DNA from: a virus
Length of the DNA stretch: 64,000 nucleotides
Virus record (IMG/VR): IMGVR_UViG_3300035698_031678
Location: 1 to 64,000 of that record
Reading direction: 5' to 3' (one strand)
Both the position numbers and the translations under genes were made by a program. The notes beneath the pieces were generated by a model, which saw only the letters and a program-made list of their open reading frames with translations, was not told where the DNA came from and did no database searches. Position 1 is the stretch's first letter. Each line of letters opens with the position of its first letter. Positions 1-9,216 of the stretch are shown here, piece by piece.

Positions 1-2
1 AG

Positions 3-248
3 CCTGATGCTGTGTTAAGAAACAAAATAGTTTCTTATTTTAGTGAAAAGCAATACAATAGAGATTCTACCTCAAATTTTTTAACATTCCTAAAATCTAT
101 TGATGATGATAAAGACCTTAAAGGAAAGGGGAAGGGTTATCACCATAGAAATTCTAATCTTTTTAGAAAACTTCGTGTTGGTTCTGTCCCACACATAGGT
201 TTATCAGATGTAGGTAAAAGGATTCTTAAAATAATATCTAATGAGTGA
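3..248 (+). CDS. Partial hypothetical protein (5' end probably outside the window)
   Basis: Frame open from the window edge; stop overlaps the next ATG; C-terminal LSDVGKRIL resembles a wHTH wing/helix. Confidence 0.5.
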   Translation, partial: PDAVLRNKIVSYFSEKQYNRDSTSNFLTFLKSIDDDKDLKGKGKGYHHRNSNLFRKLRVGSVPHIGLSDVGKRILKIISNE

Positions 249-966
249 TTTTAATAAGAAAGAATTGTTAGAAGGTTCTTATTTTAGAGATCTATATGCT
301 TCTCTAACATACTTCTTTTATGACAGGATTTCAGTTAAAAAGATAAGTGGAGAAAAAGTTGTTGTGCAACAAATACCCATAATTCCTAGATTCTCTAGTA
401 ACGAAAATTACGCAAAAGAATTTTACATTAACAAAAGTAAATCTTGTTCTGGTTTTCCAAACTTTAAAGACATACCCAATATAATTCCTAGTGGTAAGAT
501 GTCTATAGATTCTGGAATAAACATAGACTCAAGTGGTAGCTATGGTAATTCCGCAAGAATAAAAAGGATGGTTGAGGATGAAAGCAACCCATTTTACTCT
601 GATATTAAAAACGTCTATTCTAGAGATAGAATACTTAATGTGGACACCAGGGTTTTAATTTCTATTAAATGTTCTTCTTTTGTTGAGAGATTTAACATAC
701 TAGAAAATGTTGTTAAGGTTTTTAACAGTGGTGCTATTTACTATTTTAATACTCAAGGAATTAATGGTATACCTTGCATGGTTTCTTTACCAGATGCTTA
801 CACCTTAGAGACAAAAAAACAATTCAAATTTGGTGAAGACGATAACAACTATATGATAGATTTTAATCTTGATGTAGACACTTATTGGGTACTTAATGAT
901 GGTAGGGTTGAAATAGATGAAAAGCTATCATTAGAAAAAGTAGAAGCTAAGACAAAGTTTGAATAG
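241..966 (+). CDS. Putative tail terminator / sheath stabiliser (T4 gp15-like)
   Basis: 241 aa; IPIIPRFSSNENYAKEFY...IIPSGKMSIDSG resembles the gp15 N-terminal pattern; structural context. Confidence 0.45.
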   Translation: MSDFNKKELLEGSYFRDLYASLTYFFYDRISVKKISGEKVVVQQIPIIPRFSSNENYAKEFYINKSKSCSGFPNFKDIPNIIPSGKMSIDSGINIDSSGSYGNSARIKRMVEDESNPFYSDIKNVYSRDRILNVDTRVLISIKCSSFVERFNILENVVKVFNSGAIYYFNTQGINGIPCMVSLPDAYTLETKKQFKFGEDDNNYMIDFNLDVDTYWVLNDGRVEIDEKLSLEKVEAKTKFE

Positions 967-1006
967 ATAAATTTGGACAATATTTAGTAGCACAAAAAAC
1001 GAAAGG

Positions 1007-1015
1007 TAATAAATA
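1007..1015 (+). promoter_or_regulatory. Late-promoter-like motif TAATAAATA
   Basis: Resembles T4 late TATAAATA; about 20 nt upstream of ATG 1035; recurs before other structural genes. Confidence 0.6.
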
Positions 1016-1034
1016 ACCAAATAAAAACATTAAG

Positions 1035-3092
1035 ATGAATAATCGTACTTCACTAATTGACCTCTGCTCTGATTTAAGCTTAAGCAATTACTACTTTTCA
1101 GAATGTGATGAAAGCATGAAAGCTAGATTTCAGGAAATTAATACCGATATTCATTTGACTACCAAATCAGACGAAGAAATAATGGAAAGCATTAATGCTT
1201 GGGTAGAAGATTCTAGGTCTGATGAATTAGTGCAGATAACATCTATGTCAGAAGCTTCTCTTACAATGCTAAATGAGGCTGAAGAAAGTATTTTAGCTGC
1301 TAATAATGGTGGTGAAGAAGGTGAAGAAGGTGAAGAAGGTGAAGAAGCAGCAACTGGTGGTGATGATGCAGCAAGCATAAAAGAAGAAATTACTGGTGAT
1401 ACTGCAGAAGTAGAACTAGATGAAGAAGAAAAAGAAGCAAATAAAGAGAGACAAGAAAAATTATTGTTAGCTTTAGAAAAAGTAAATAAAAATGTAGAAA
1501 AAATAGATGGTCTAGATTCTAAAGAGGAATTAAAAGACATCTATCTACAAGAGTTGGGTAAGAAATTTCTTATAGAGAAGAAATTGAGAGAAATGGGTTA
1601 CGAATTTTCTGATGTAGAAACGGATGTTTTAGATGAAATATTTGAATCTAAAAAGCTTAACCTTAACGAATCTTGGAACAAATTTTACAACAGAACAAAT
1701 CTTAACGAATCTAAAGGCTTGTTTTACAAAATGTTGAAAGATAATGTTAATAGAAATCTTAACGAATCTAAAAAAATAGAGATTACCAAAGACTCAACTG
1801 TGTTTCATTTAGAAGAGATAGAAGGTTTTTACTATATTGAGTCGGACAACCCTAAATCCATGGAATTCATAGGTCAGGGATTTGACGTTATTGACCAAAA
1901 CACAATTTCAGTACCAAAAGAAGAGCTAGGGGTTATATTAACTAGAATTAATGCGCAAACACTAGAAGACGACAAAGTAGTTTTACAATCTGGTGAAATG
2001 TACGTAATGGAGGATGAGGATGGTGATCATAATCTTGTTGATGATGAGAGTGATGCAACAGACTATCAAGATGTTTCTGAAGCAGAAAAAACCAAAACAT
2101 TGCTTTACGAGAACTATGGTTGGAATCTTAAAGTAAAAATGGGTTCTACCAACTTAAGTGAAAGCTTTTTTAAACTAAACGAAAGCTATAGGAAAAATGG
2201 TATAGTGATAGCTAGAAAAGGTTCTCTAGTTTCTATGAATGAAGGTAATTACGAGTTTAATAATACCAAAGGTAAACTACTAACTCTAAAATCAAACGAA
2301 GACTTTGCTAAAAACCTAGTTGGAATTAGCGAGAGCCAATTTTATTTCGAACTTTCAGAAAAGGCTATAGTGTCTAACCCAGAGTACCAAGGGTTAAAGC
2401 AAATCTTTGAAAACAAAGGATACCAAGTAAAGCTAAAAAGGTGGATAAGCGAAAATAGAATGCAAGAAAGCATTGTTGCTGAAGACTCTGAAGGGAAAGA
2501 AAAAATGTTAACCATACCTACTTCTAAAGAGGTTGATGACATAGATGTAGAGGAATTTGTAACTGATGAAGAGGATTTAGCCTTTGCTGTGGTAGGCAAT
2601 GAAGATAACATGAACGCTTTAAAAACTGCATCTGAAGATATAGAAGGTTTTGATTATCTTGATCATTCTGATCATTCTGATCATTCTGATGAAAATGAAT
2701 ATGAAGACAATGGTGAATACGTTCTGCAAGAAGATCTTTATATTAATGAAGATGATAAGCATAGACACGTAGAAACTCCAGATTCTATAAAAATAGCCAA
2801 AGAAAACGACATCATGACCTATGATGCAGATGAAATGTCTTTTATTAATGAAGGCGTTACAATACCTAAAGGTAACTACAAACTAAGTAAACTTACCAGA
2901 TTTCCAGTATCTAGCCTTAATCTTGATGAAAGCTATAGTATTAGAGGTGGAAAAGGTAACTACAAGTATGATGGAACTGTTCAACTTAATGAAATGGAAT
3001 ACCACTGCTTTAAATCCAGTAAAGGTGAGCAACACTTTTTGAATGAAAGTCAGGTAGAAAGCGGTATTATCAAATATGGTGTGAAACTATAG
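1035..3092 (+). CDS. Acidic head core/internal protein with many L/I/M-N-E(S) putative prohead-protease sites
   Basis: 685 aa, very E/D-rich; repeated LNES/LNE/MNE/INE; GEE and DHS microrepeats; late-promoter motif upstream. Confidence 0.5.
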   Translation: MNNRTSLIDLCSDLSLSNYYFSECDESMKARFQEINTDIHLTTKSDEEIMESINAWVEDSRSDELVQITSMSEASLTMLNEAEESILAANNGGEEGEEGEEGEEAATGGDDAASIKEEITGDTAEVELDEEEKEANKERQEKLLLALEKVNKNVEKIDGLDSKEELKDIYLQELGKKFLIEKKLREMGYEFSDVETDVLDEIFESKKLNLNESWNKFYNRTNLNESKGLFYKMLKDNVNRNLNESKKIEITKDSTVFHLEEIEGFYYIESDNPKSMEFIGQGFDVIDQNTISVPKEELGVILTRINAQTLEDDKVVLQSGEMYVMEDEDGDHNLVDDESDATDYQDVSEAEKTKTLLYENYGWNLKVKMGSTNLSESFFKLNESYRKNGIVIARKGSLVSMNEGNYEFNNTKGKLLTLKSNEDFAKNLVGISESQFYFELSEKAIVSNPEYQGLKQIFENKGYQVKLKRWISENRMQESIVAEDSEGKEKMLTIPTSKEVDDIDVEEFVTDEEDLAFAVVGNEDNMNALKTASEDIEGFDYLDHSDHSDHSDENEYEDNGEYVLQEDLYINEDDKHRHVETPDSIKIAKENDIMTYDADEMSFINEGVTIPKGNYKLSKLTRFPVSSLNLDESYSIRGGKGNYKYDGTVQLNEMEYHCFKSSKGEQHFLNESQVESGIIKYGVKL
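1308..1347 (+). repeat. 9-bp tandem repeat GGTGAAGAA (GEE)x4 in CDS
   Basis: Seen directly in sequence. Confidence 0.9.
2661..2690 (+). repeat. 9-bp tandem repeat GATCATTCT (DHS)x3 in CDS
   Basis: Seen directly in sequence. Confidence 0.9.
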
Positions 3093-3159
3093 GTGTAAAC
3101 GTTTTTGTTTATTAGAAGTAATTAACTTAAAATTTATTTAGTAAAAAAATTTAAAGAAA

Positions 3160-3193
3160 TAATATTGGAAATATTTACTTATTTCCAATATTA
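3160..3193. promoter_or_regulatory. 14-bp perfect inverted repeat upstream of the sigma-factor gene (operator or hairpin)
   Basis: TAATATTGGAAATA-tttact-TATTTCCAATATTA, ending 17 nt before ATG 3210. Confidence 0.55.
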
Positions 3194-3209
3194 ATGTTAA
3201 AACATATTT

Positions 3210-3929
3210 ATGGCTGATTATCTAAAAAAAGAAGACTTTGACAGAGAAATGATTCAAAGTATAAAAGATGGTAAGCTGACCAACCAAAGTATTGCCTACT
3301 TTACACTATTAGCTGGCGAAGTGAGTAAAAACTTTAAGTTTAGGTATCCAGAAGATAAGGATGGTGCTATAGACAATGCAGTAGCTGACTTTGCTAGTAA
3401 TTGGAAAGGATTTAAATGGAATCCAGTTTTTAAAATGCACATAACTAGAAACTTCATAGAAGGAGAAAGCTTATCAGTAACTATAAAAGGGCTAGATACA
3501 ATAGTATACGTTGCTAAAAAGACTCCAAAATCTAAAACAGATTTTTTGATAGATAAAACGGAAAACAAAAGCTTAGAAAGGTTAAAAGAAGTAATAGAAG
3601 AAAATTCCGAAGGAAAAATTGATTGCGGATTGCACAAAGTTACTAGGAAAATAACTATAGTAGACAGAATTAATCCAGTAGGAATCTATGGAATTGTAGT
3701 TTTAAAACAACTAGGTAAAACGAGGATAATGAAAGGTGATAAGCTTAAGACAGAACTTATTAATTTGGAATTTAAAAAACCGCCTTCCAGTTTTGTTTGG
3801 GGTACTAGTGTTGCTAGGAATGGCATAATAAAATTTCTTGATAGGTTCTACCCTAAAGATTTTAGAGGAGGCAAAATGATGAATTTTTCCGAGATCAAAA
3901 ATGATCAAGGTGGTAGATTTAGCAGTTAA
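3210..3929 (+). CDS. Late-transcription sigma factor (T4 gp55-like) with an internal insertion
   Basis: N-terminal YLKKEDF..EM...GKLT...F.LLA..VS..F.Y.EDK.D pattern and C-terminal SSFVWGTSVARNGII, equivalent to gp55 region-2 NPFAYFT.I..NAF. Confidence 0.6.
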   Translation: MADYLKKEDFDREMIQSIKDGKLTNQSIAYFTLLAGEVSKNFKFRYPEDKDGAIDNAVADFASNWKGFKWNPVFKMHITRNFIEGESLSVTIKGLDTIVYVAKKTPKSKTDFLIDKTENKSLERLKEVIEENSEGKIDCGLHKVTRKITIVDRINPVGIYGIVVLKQLGKTRIMKGDKLKTELINLEFKKPPSSFVWGTSVARNGIIKFLDRFYPKDFRGGKMMNFSEIKNDQGGRFSS

Positions 3930-3941
3930 CAAAATCAATTT

Positions 3942-5321
3942 ATGAACAGCGTATCAATAGGATTTGAAATAATTTCATACCTACACTTATGTAGAAATGA
4001 GAACCTTATAAAAGAGGTAGAAGTAGATTATTTTAAGAACAAATATGTTAAAAGGACTTTTAAAATTACCAAGGATTTTCACAAGAAGTATGGTAAGATT
4101 CCTTTTTTGCTAGATGATCCTTCTACAGAACAAATAGAAGCAGTAATAGAATTAGCTCCAGAGTACTGTAATTTTGATGATGATTTAACAGAAGATCAGG
4201 ATAAACTTAAGCAAAATCTACTAGTAAATGTAAAAAAGATAATTACATCTAACTATCTTAAATACAACCAAGAGTATATTAAACAATCGTTTAAAGCCTG
4301 GGTTACCTGGAACAAATTTGAAAGTAGCGTAGACGAAGCTCTAACTTTCATAAAGACACAAGAAGTTACGACAGAAAACGTTCAAGAAATAGTAAACGCT
4401 GCTATGAAAGTATTTCATAAAGGTAGTACTAGTTTATTTGAGGAGTCTGAAAGCCACTCATTCTGGGATGCCGAAACCCACCACCAACCAGAACCAGAAG
4501 ATGTTATGAAAACAGGATTTTACAATCTTGATAGGGCTATGACAAAGCATGGTGGTATTACTATAGGAGAGGTTGCTATATTTGTTGGTCCAACTAACAT
4601 TGGAAAGAGTATATTACTAATAAACATTGCTCTGGGTCTAGCTATACAAGGTAACAACGTTTGTTTAGCGTCTTTAGAAATGGCTCATTACGACATAGCA
4701 GCTAGGGCTGGTGCTAATTTTTTTGCAGCGGACATAAACGACTACGATTTCAATAATCAATTAGATTACTTACAGACAAAACTAGACAGCGCTAGGGCTA
4801 AAAGTAGTACACCAGTAGGAGAATTGATAATAAAACAATTCCATAAAGCTACACCTGACGATTTAGACAATTGGGTACTGAAAGAAGAAAAAGATAGGGA
4901 TATCAAGGTAAATTGTTTAGTGGTAGATTACCTAGGAGAAATGGGAAATGCTCATGGAACAGGGCAATCTACAGGGTACGAAGTTTACATGTATCATAAG
5001 CAAAACACGCAAGATCTTTCCAGGAATGCAATACTTAACAAATATGCGGTATTAACAGCACATCAAAGTAAAGAAGTAAGTAAAGAGGCAACAGATATGA
5101 GTTTAGATTCTTTAAGTGAATCTAAAGGAGTTACTCACAAGCCTGGTATAGTATTCGGAATATTACAGCCTCCAGAAGCGAAAGCAGATGGTAAATTCTA
5201 TCTTAAAAACCTTAAGACAAGAGGTACAAAGTATTTGAATTACAAAATAGAATTCGACATTGATTACAAACACATGAGATTGACAGATAAAGTAATGCTA
5301 GAACCAGAAGAAACAATATAA
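3942..5321 (+). CDS. DnaB-family replicative helicase (T4 gp41-like)
   Basis: Walker A VGPTNIGKS; SLEM; LVVDYL; TAHQ; LSESKG; KNLKTR. Confidence 0.9.
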   Translation: MNSVSIGFEIISYLHLCRNENLIKEVEVDYFKNKYVKRTFKITKDFHKKYGKIPFLLDDPSTEQIEAVIELAPEYCNFDDDLTEDQDKLKQNLLVNVKKIITSNYLKYNQEYIKQSFKAWVTWNKFESSVDEALTFIKTQEVTTENVQEIVNAAMKVFHKGSTSLFEESESHSFWDAETHHQPEPEDVMKTGFYNLDRAMTKHGGITIGEVAIFVGPTNIGKSILLINIALGLAIQGNNVCLASLEMAHYDIAARAGANFFAADINDYDFNNQLDYLQTKLDSARAKSSTPVGELIIKQFHKATPDDLDNWVLKEEKDRDIKVNCLVVDYLGEMGNAHGTGQSTGYEVYMYHKQNTQDLSRNAILNKYAVLTAHQSKEVSKEATDMSLDSLSESKGVTHKPGIVFGILQPPEAKADGKFYLKNLKTRGTKYLNYKIEFDIDYKHMRLTDKVMLEPEETI

Positions 5322-5323
5322 TT

Positions 5324-5752
5324 ATGAGATCATACAGAAGGAAATCAGAAATAATTAAAAGGATTAACAACGACAAAGTAGTTGTTAACAAAAACAACTA
5401 TCGAATTAACAGCCTAACAGGAGAAAATAGGGGTAAGGTTGTAGAACTAGAGGTTCTTAGAGTGACAGATAAATTTCTTTCCATGGATGATACTACTGTT
5501 TCTATTCTTAAAGGAGAAGTAACGGTTTATATTACAGACCAAAATGGAAAAGTTTCTAAACATGTAATAAATGCATTAACTTTAAACTCTATTGTTGTTT
5601 CTACTTTTGAAATTTGGTTTGTTACTAATACTCTTTTAGTTGTACCTAAGATAGTTGTTGCAAGTGAAATGGGTATGGTTGTTAAAGAAACCTTTTTAAA
5701 TAGAAATTCAGAATCCATAAAATTTGACAGTAGCTCAAATAGTATTATGTAA
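5324..5752 (+). CDS. Hypothetical protein
   Basis: 142-aa ORF abutting the helicase gene. Confidence 0.55.
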   Translation: MRSYRRKSEIIKRINNDKVVVNKNNYRINSLTGENRGKVVELEVLRVTDKFLSMDDTTVSILKGEVTVYITDQNGKVSKHVINALTLNSIVVSTFEIWFVTNTLLVVPKIVVASEMGMVVKETFLNRNSESIKFDSSSNSIM

Positions 5753-5791
5753 CAACTTCTAAAAAGATCCATCTTATTAGTTTACTTTATT

Positions 5792-5800
5792 TAATAAATA
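5792..5800 (+). promoter_or_regulatory. Late-promoter-like motif TAATAAATA
   Basis: About 24 nt upstream of the tail sheath ATG. Confidence 0.65.
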
Positions 5801-5823
5801 CCCTGTAAGTTAATAAGAAAACA

Positions 5824-8800
5824 ATGAACGGATTAATAACGTTAAACGATTTAAACAGCAAGTTTAAGGCAGCTGGTCAACACACATTGATAGTTGACAA
5901 TACAAGAACCCCTATTACTGCAGTTACCACTGTTGTTAGACTAATAGCTGGTTATTCTCCAAAAGGAAATTGGAACACTCCAATTTTGCTAAGAAGAGGA
6001 GAATTCGCTAAGGCAATAGCATTGTATGGTGATATAGACAAAAAGATGGAAAGAAAAGGTTCTTTTTTTCAAAGATCTATTTTAACTGCTCTACAAGAAG
6101 GAGATGTTTTAGCATTAAATTTATTGAAATCTAATGATTCAGTAGATACTAATGGTATTCCATTATTTAGTTCTGACATTGCTGATTATAAAGCATTCAG
6201 TACAGAAACCGAAAAAGTAAATTCTTTGGTTCAGCCCAATGCCTTGTACGCAGCATTTTTCAACAAAGAAAGGTTTTGGTCTCCAGAACAAGAAAGCCTT
6301 GTTGAACTTACACAAGGCGACAACGCCCAATCAAGCAGTATATTTTCTTTTGTTAACTTAGGTTTAAAAGATGTTACTGTTATTGCAAAGAAAAGCACAC
6401 AAGCAGAAGCTTACAATGTACCAGTTGCAGATTGGTACGGTGATAAAGACATTCCATCATACATTATAGGCTCAGACCTTATTTCTGATTATTTTGTTGA
6501 TGTTATAATGATAGGAGGAAATTTCTCTGATATAGACGCTCTAAGAAGTGATTCTAGATTTGCTGAATACTTTGACTCTGAAGGTCTTATCAAAAGTAAA
6601 TTATCAGAATTTTTAGCGTTGCCAGATACACCTTTATTGGGTTATTACACTGGATCACTAATACCAGATCTAATTGATAGAAATGGTAACAGTCTTAATG
6701 TTGTTAATGTTGTCAATTTTGATTACGCAACTACAGGAATGATTTGTGCCATAGATGCTGAAAAATTAGACGAATACGACTTAGAAAATTCTAATTCTAG
6801 AACTATTGACTTAATAGGTAGTTCTATGGTAGATGGTTCTATACCGAAAAAATACAGTTTTCTTTCTTACAACGCATTAGTGGATAGAAACCTAGCAGTA
6901 GATGTTCAAGAAACAACTACTACTTCTACCATAAACACTGATTCAGATATAACTGTATTAGAAAGCCTTAGAAGTTCCAGAGTTGTAATAAGTAAAGATT
7001 CAGCATTATTCGACAGTTATGGAGATAGTATTGAAGTTGGCTTTAAAATAAAAAGCACACTTACTGCAGCTGGGGCTGAAATAACAGGTGAAACTACTGG
7101 GGACACATTGTACTCTTTAATAACTTCTATAGTTAAGAATGAGGATAGTGTTGTAATAGTAGCTACTAACAATTTAAAACAAACAGAGACAGATATTACT
7201 GGTAGGCTTACTGAAATAGATGTTGATGGTAACACCATAGTGGTAAGACAAGAGGATGCGCTTATTCCTATTGAGAATCCAGCTGGTGGATTAACAGTAG
7301 GCTCTAATCATCCATTGATTACTGAAAACAAAATACAAGACCTAAATACTAAGTTCTCAATGGTTACTGCTGGAGGAACTATTTACGGTAAAGTAGAAGT
7401 AAGTAAAGGATATGCGGAAACTTCATACGCTATAAAATTTGCTAGTGATGAAGCTAGAGAAAACCTAGTAGACATTCCAGATGCTAACGTTTCTTTAAAT
7501 ACTTTAGGTTACGTAGTTGGAGGAAGCAGCTATAACTTAATAATTGAAGGAGAAGATGCAGTTGGTAGAATTGAGGTAAATACTTCAGGTAAAGTTACTA
7601 AGGCAGAATTTGACAGAGTTGGTTTATCTAAAGATTTTAGATTTGTCGCTTTAGATAAGGATGGTAATAAAGTTCTTGTAAAGTCTACTACTACACCAGT
7701 AGATTCAAACGGTCTTTACACAATAAATGCTAGTTTAGATTTGTTGGTTGGTTCTTATGAAGGTGGTAATGAATCTCAAGCTTACACTTACATATTAGAA
7801 CCAGAAGTATTTGCTAAAAATCTTTTACCAGTTCTATTTAAAGGATTTAAGACCAAAGCTAGTCATAGTCCTAATGGTACTAACGAAAGGGTAAGAGAAA
7901 TATACTCTGTTATGACAGAAGGAAATATTTCTAAAGCCTTGGTAGATCCAGATTTTGTAAATTGGAGATACTTTGTAGACACTTTTTCTCAAGGTTTAGA
8001 ACCTAGTGCTAAGTCTTACTTGACTAGATTACTTAAGAGAAAGCAAAGATGTATTGGTTTCTTAAATTTACCAAGTGCAAAGGATTTTAGAAAGAGTACT
8101 AGTGTAAGATTTACAGATGCGCCTAGTGCAGTAAATCCAACGCCTTCTTTGAGTATTGAACATTTATCTACAGGTGGTAATTTAAACACACCTTATCAAT
8201 TCTTGTTTTCATTACCTAGTGAAAATGATGGTGCTAGCTTTACTGGATGGTGTTTCCCTAACATAATGGTTAGAGATTCTAGTGGTGTTATAGATAGTGT
8301 ACCACCAGCAGCACTAGTTAGTAATGCATTCATGAGAAAGTGGTTAAACAATACCCCTTTTATTGCAGTAGCTGGAACGGATCAGGGTGAGCTAAGTGGT
8401 GATGGAGTTATAAGACCCGAAATATCTTTGGATAAAGAAGATAGGGCTTACTTAACTGGCACAGGTATTAACCCAATAGTACTTAAGAACAATGCTGTAG
8501 TACTATATGGTAATGATACAGGTTATCAAAAATTCGAAAGCATATTGAATAATCTACATGCTAGAGACACTTTGATTACTATGGAAATTGACGTTCAGAG
8601 TATACTACAACCTTATGAATTTAAGACTGGCATATTTAGTGACGAAACACAAAGAACATTAATAGAGACTAGTCTTAACAACTACCTTAAGAACCTAAGA
8701 GATTCTAGTGGTGCTATTGTAGACTACGAACTAATTTTTGATAGAACTAATAACCCTGATTTTGTAGTCAATAATAGAGCAGCTATTGTAGACATTGAAA

Positions 8801-8895
8801 TAGAAATTCCAAACGTGACTACCAGGTTTATAAGCAGAATATCTTTAACTAGAAGTGGAGCTGGGGTAAGCGTTGGTGCTTTCCAAGCGGTATAA
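5824..8895 (+). CDS. Contractile tail sheath protein
   Basis: 1023 aa; N-terminal IAGYSPKGNWNTP; C-terminal VPPAALVS...VAG..QG, GINPI, LYGNDT, LNNLHAR, FDRTNN sheath motifs. Confidence 0.9.
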   Translation: MNGLITLNDLNSKFKAAGQHTLIVDNTRTPITAVTTVVRLIAGYSPKGNWNTPILLRRGEFAKAIALYGDIDKKMERKGSFFQRSILTALQEGDVLALNLLKSNDSVDTNGIPLFSSDIADYKAFSTETEKVNSLVQPNALYAAFFNKERFWSPEQESLVELTQGDNAQSSSIFSFVNLGLKDVTVIAKKSTQAEAYNVPVADWYGDKDIPSYIIGSDLISDYFVDVIMIGGNFSDIDALRSDSRFAEYFDSEGLIKSKLSEFLALPDTPLLGYYTGSLIPDLIDRNGNSLNVVNVVNFDYATTGMICAIDAEKLDEYDLENSNSRTIDLIGSSMVDGSIPKKYSFLSYNALVDRNLAVDVQETTTTSTINTDSDITVLESLRSSRVVISKDSALFDSYGDSIEVGFKIKSTLTAAGAEITGETTGDTLYSLITSIVKNEDSVVIVATNNLKQTETDITGRLTEIDVDGNTIVVRQEDALIPIENPAGGLTVGSNHPLITENKIQDLNTKFSMVTAGGTIYGKVEVSKGYAETSYAIKFASDEARENLVDIPDANVSLNTLGYVVGGSSYNLIIEGEDAVGRIEVNTSGKVTKAEFDRVGLSKDFRFVALDKDGNKVLVKSTTTPVDSNGLYTINASLDLLVGSYEGGNESQAYTYILEPEVFAKNLLPVLFKGFKTKASHSPNGTNERVREIYSVMTEGNISKALVDPDFVNWRYFVDTFSQGLEPSAKSYLTRLLKRKQRCIGFLNLPSAKDFRKSTSVRFTDAPSAVNPTPSLSIEHLSTGGNLNTPYQFLFSLPSENDGASFTGWCFPNIMVRDSSGVIDSVPPAALVSNAFMRKWLNNTPFIAVAGTDQGELSGDGVIRPEISLDKEDRAYLTGTGINPIVLKNNAVVLYGNDTGYQKFESILNNLHARDTLITMEIDVQSILQPYEFKTGIFSDETQRTLIETSLNNYLKNLRDSSGAIVDYELIFDRTNNPDFVVNNRAAIVDIEIEIPNVTTRFISRISLTRSGAGVSVGAFQAV

Positions 8896-8913
8896 CAAAT
8901 TTTTGGTTGGTTT

Positions 8914-8947
8914 GAAAAGGGGGACAATTAATTTTGTCCCCCTTTTC
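8914..8947. terminator. Bidirectional intrinsic terminator
   Basis: GAAAAGGGGGACAA-ttaatt-TTGTCCCCCTTTTC between convergent genes. Confidence 0.85.
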
Positions 8948-8961
8948 TATGTTTAAAAATT

Positions 8962-9207
8962 TTAATAAGAGTTTGTGTCTTCACACCATATAGGAGTTTT
9001 TTCACCTAAATAGCTACCTTTTATGTTAAATTCAAAGTGTTCTATTGCTTCATCCATAGTCATATCAAAACACAACTTTGTTAGGCAAGAATTAACAGAA
9101 TATATTAGTCTCATTGATGATTCTTCTACACCAATTATAGCTTCATCAAATCCATCTGCTACTAAGAAATTTTCGTCTGGGTACTTTTCTATTATTTGTT
9201 TTAACAT
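8962..9207 (-). CDS. Small phage hypothetical protein
   Basis: ADGFDEAIIG...EAIEHFEFNIKGSYLGEKTP pattern recalled from small phage proteins. Confidence 0.7.
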   Translation of the reverse strand: MLKQIIEKYPDENFLVADGFDEAIIGVEESSMRLIYSVNSCLTKLCFDMTMDEAIEHFEFNIKGSYLGEKTPIWCEDTNSY

Positions 9208-9216
9208 AACTTGTTT

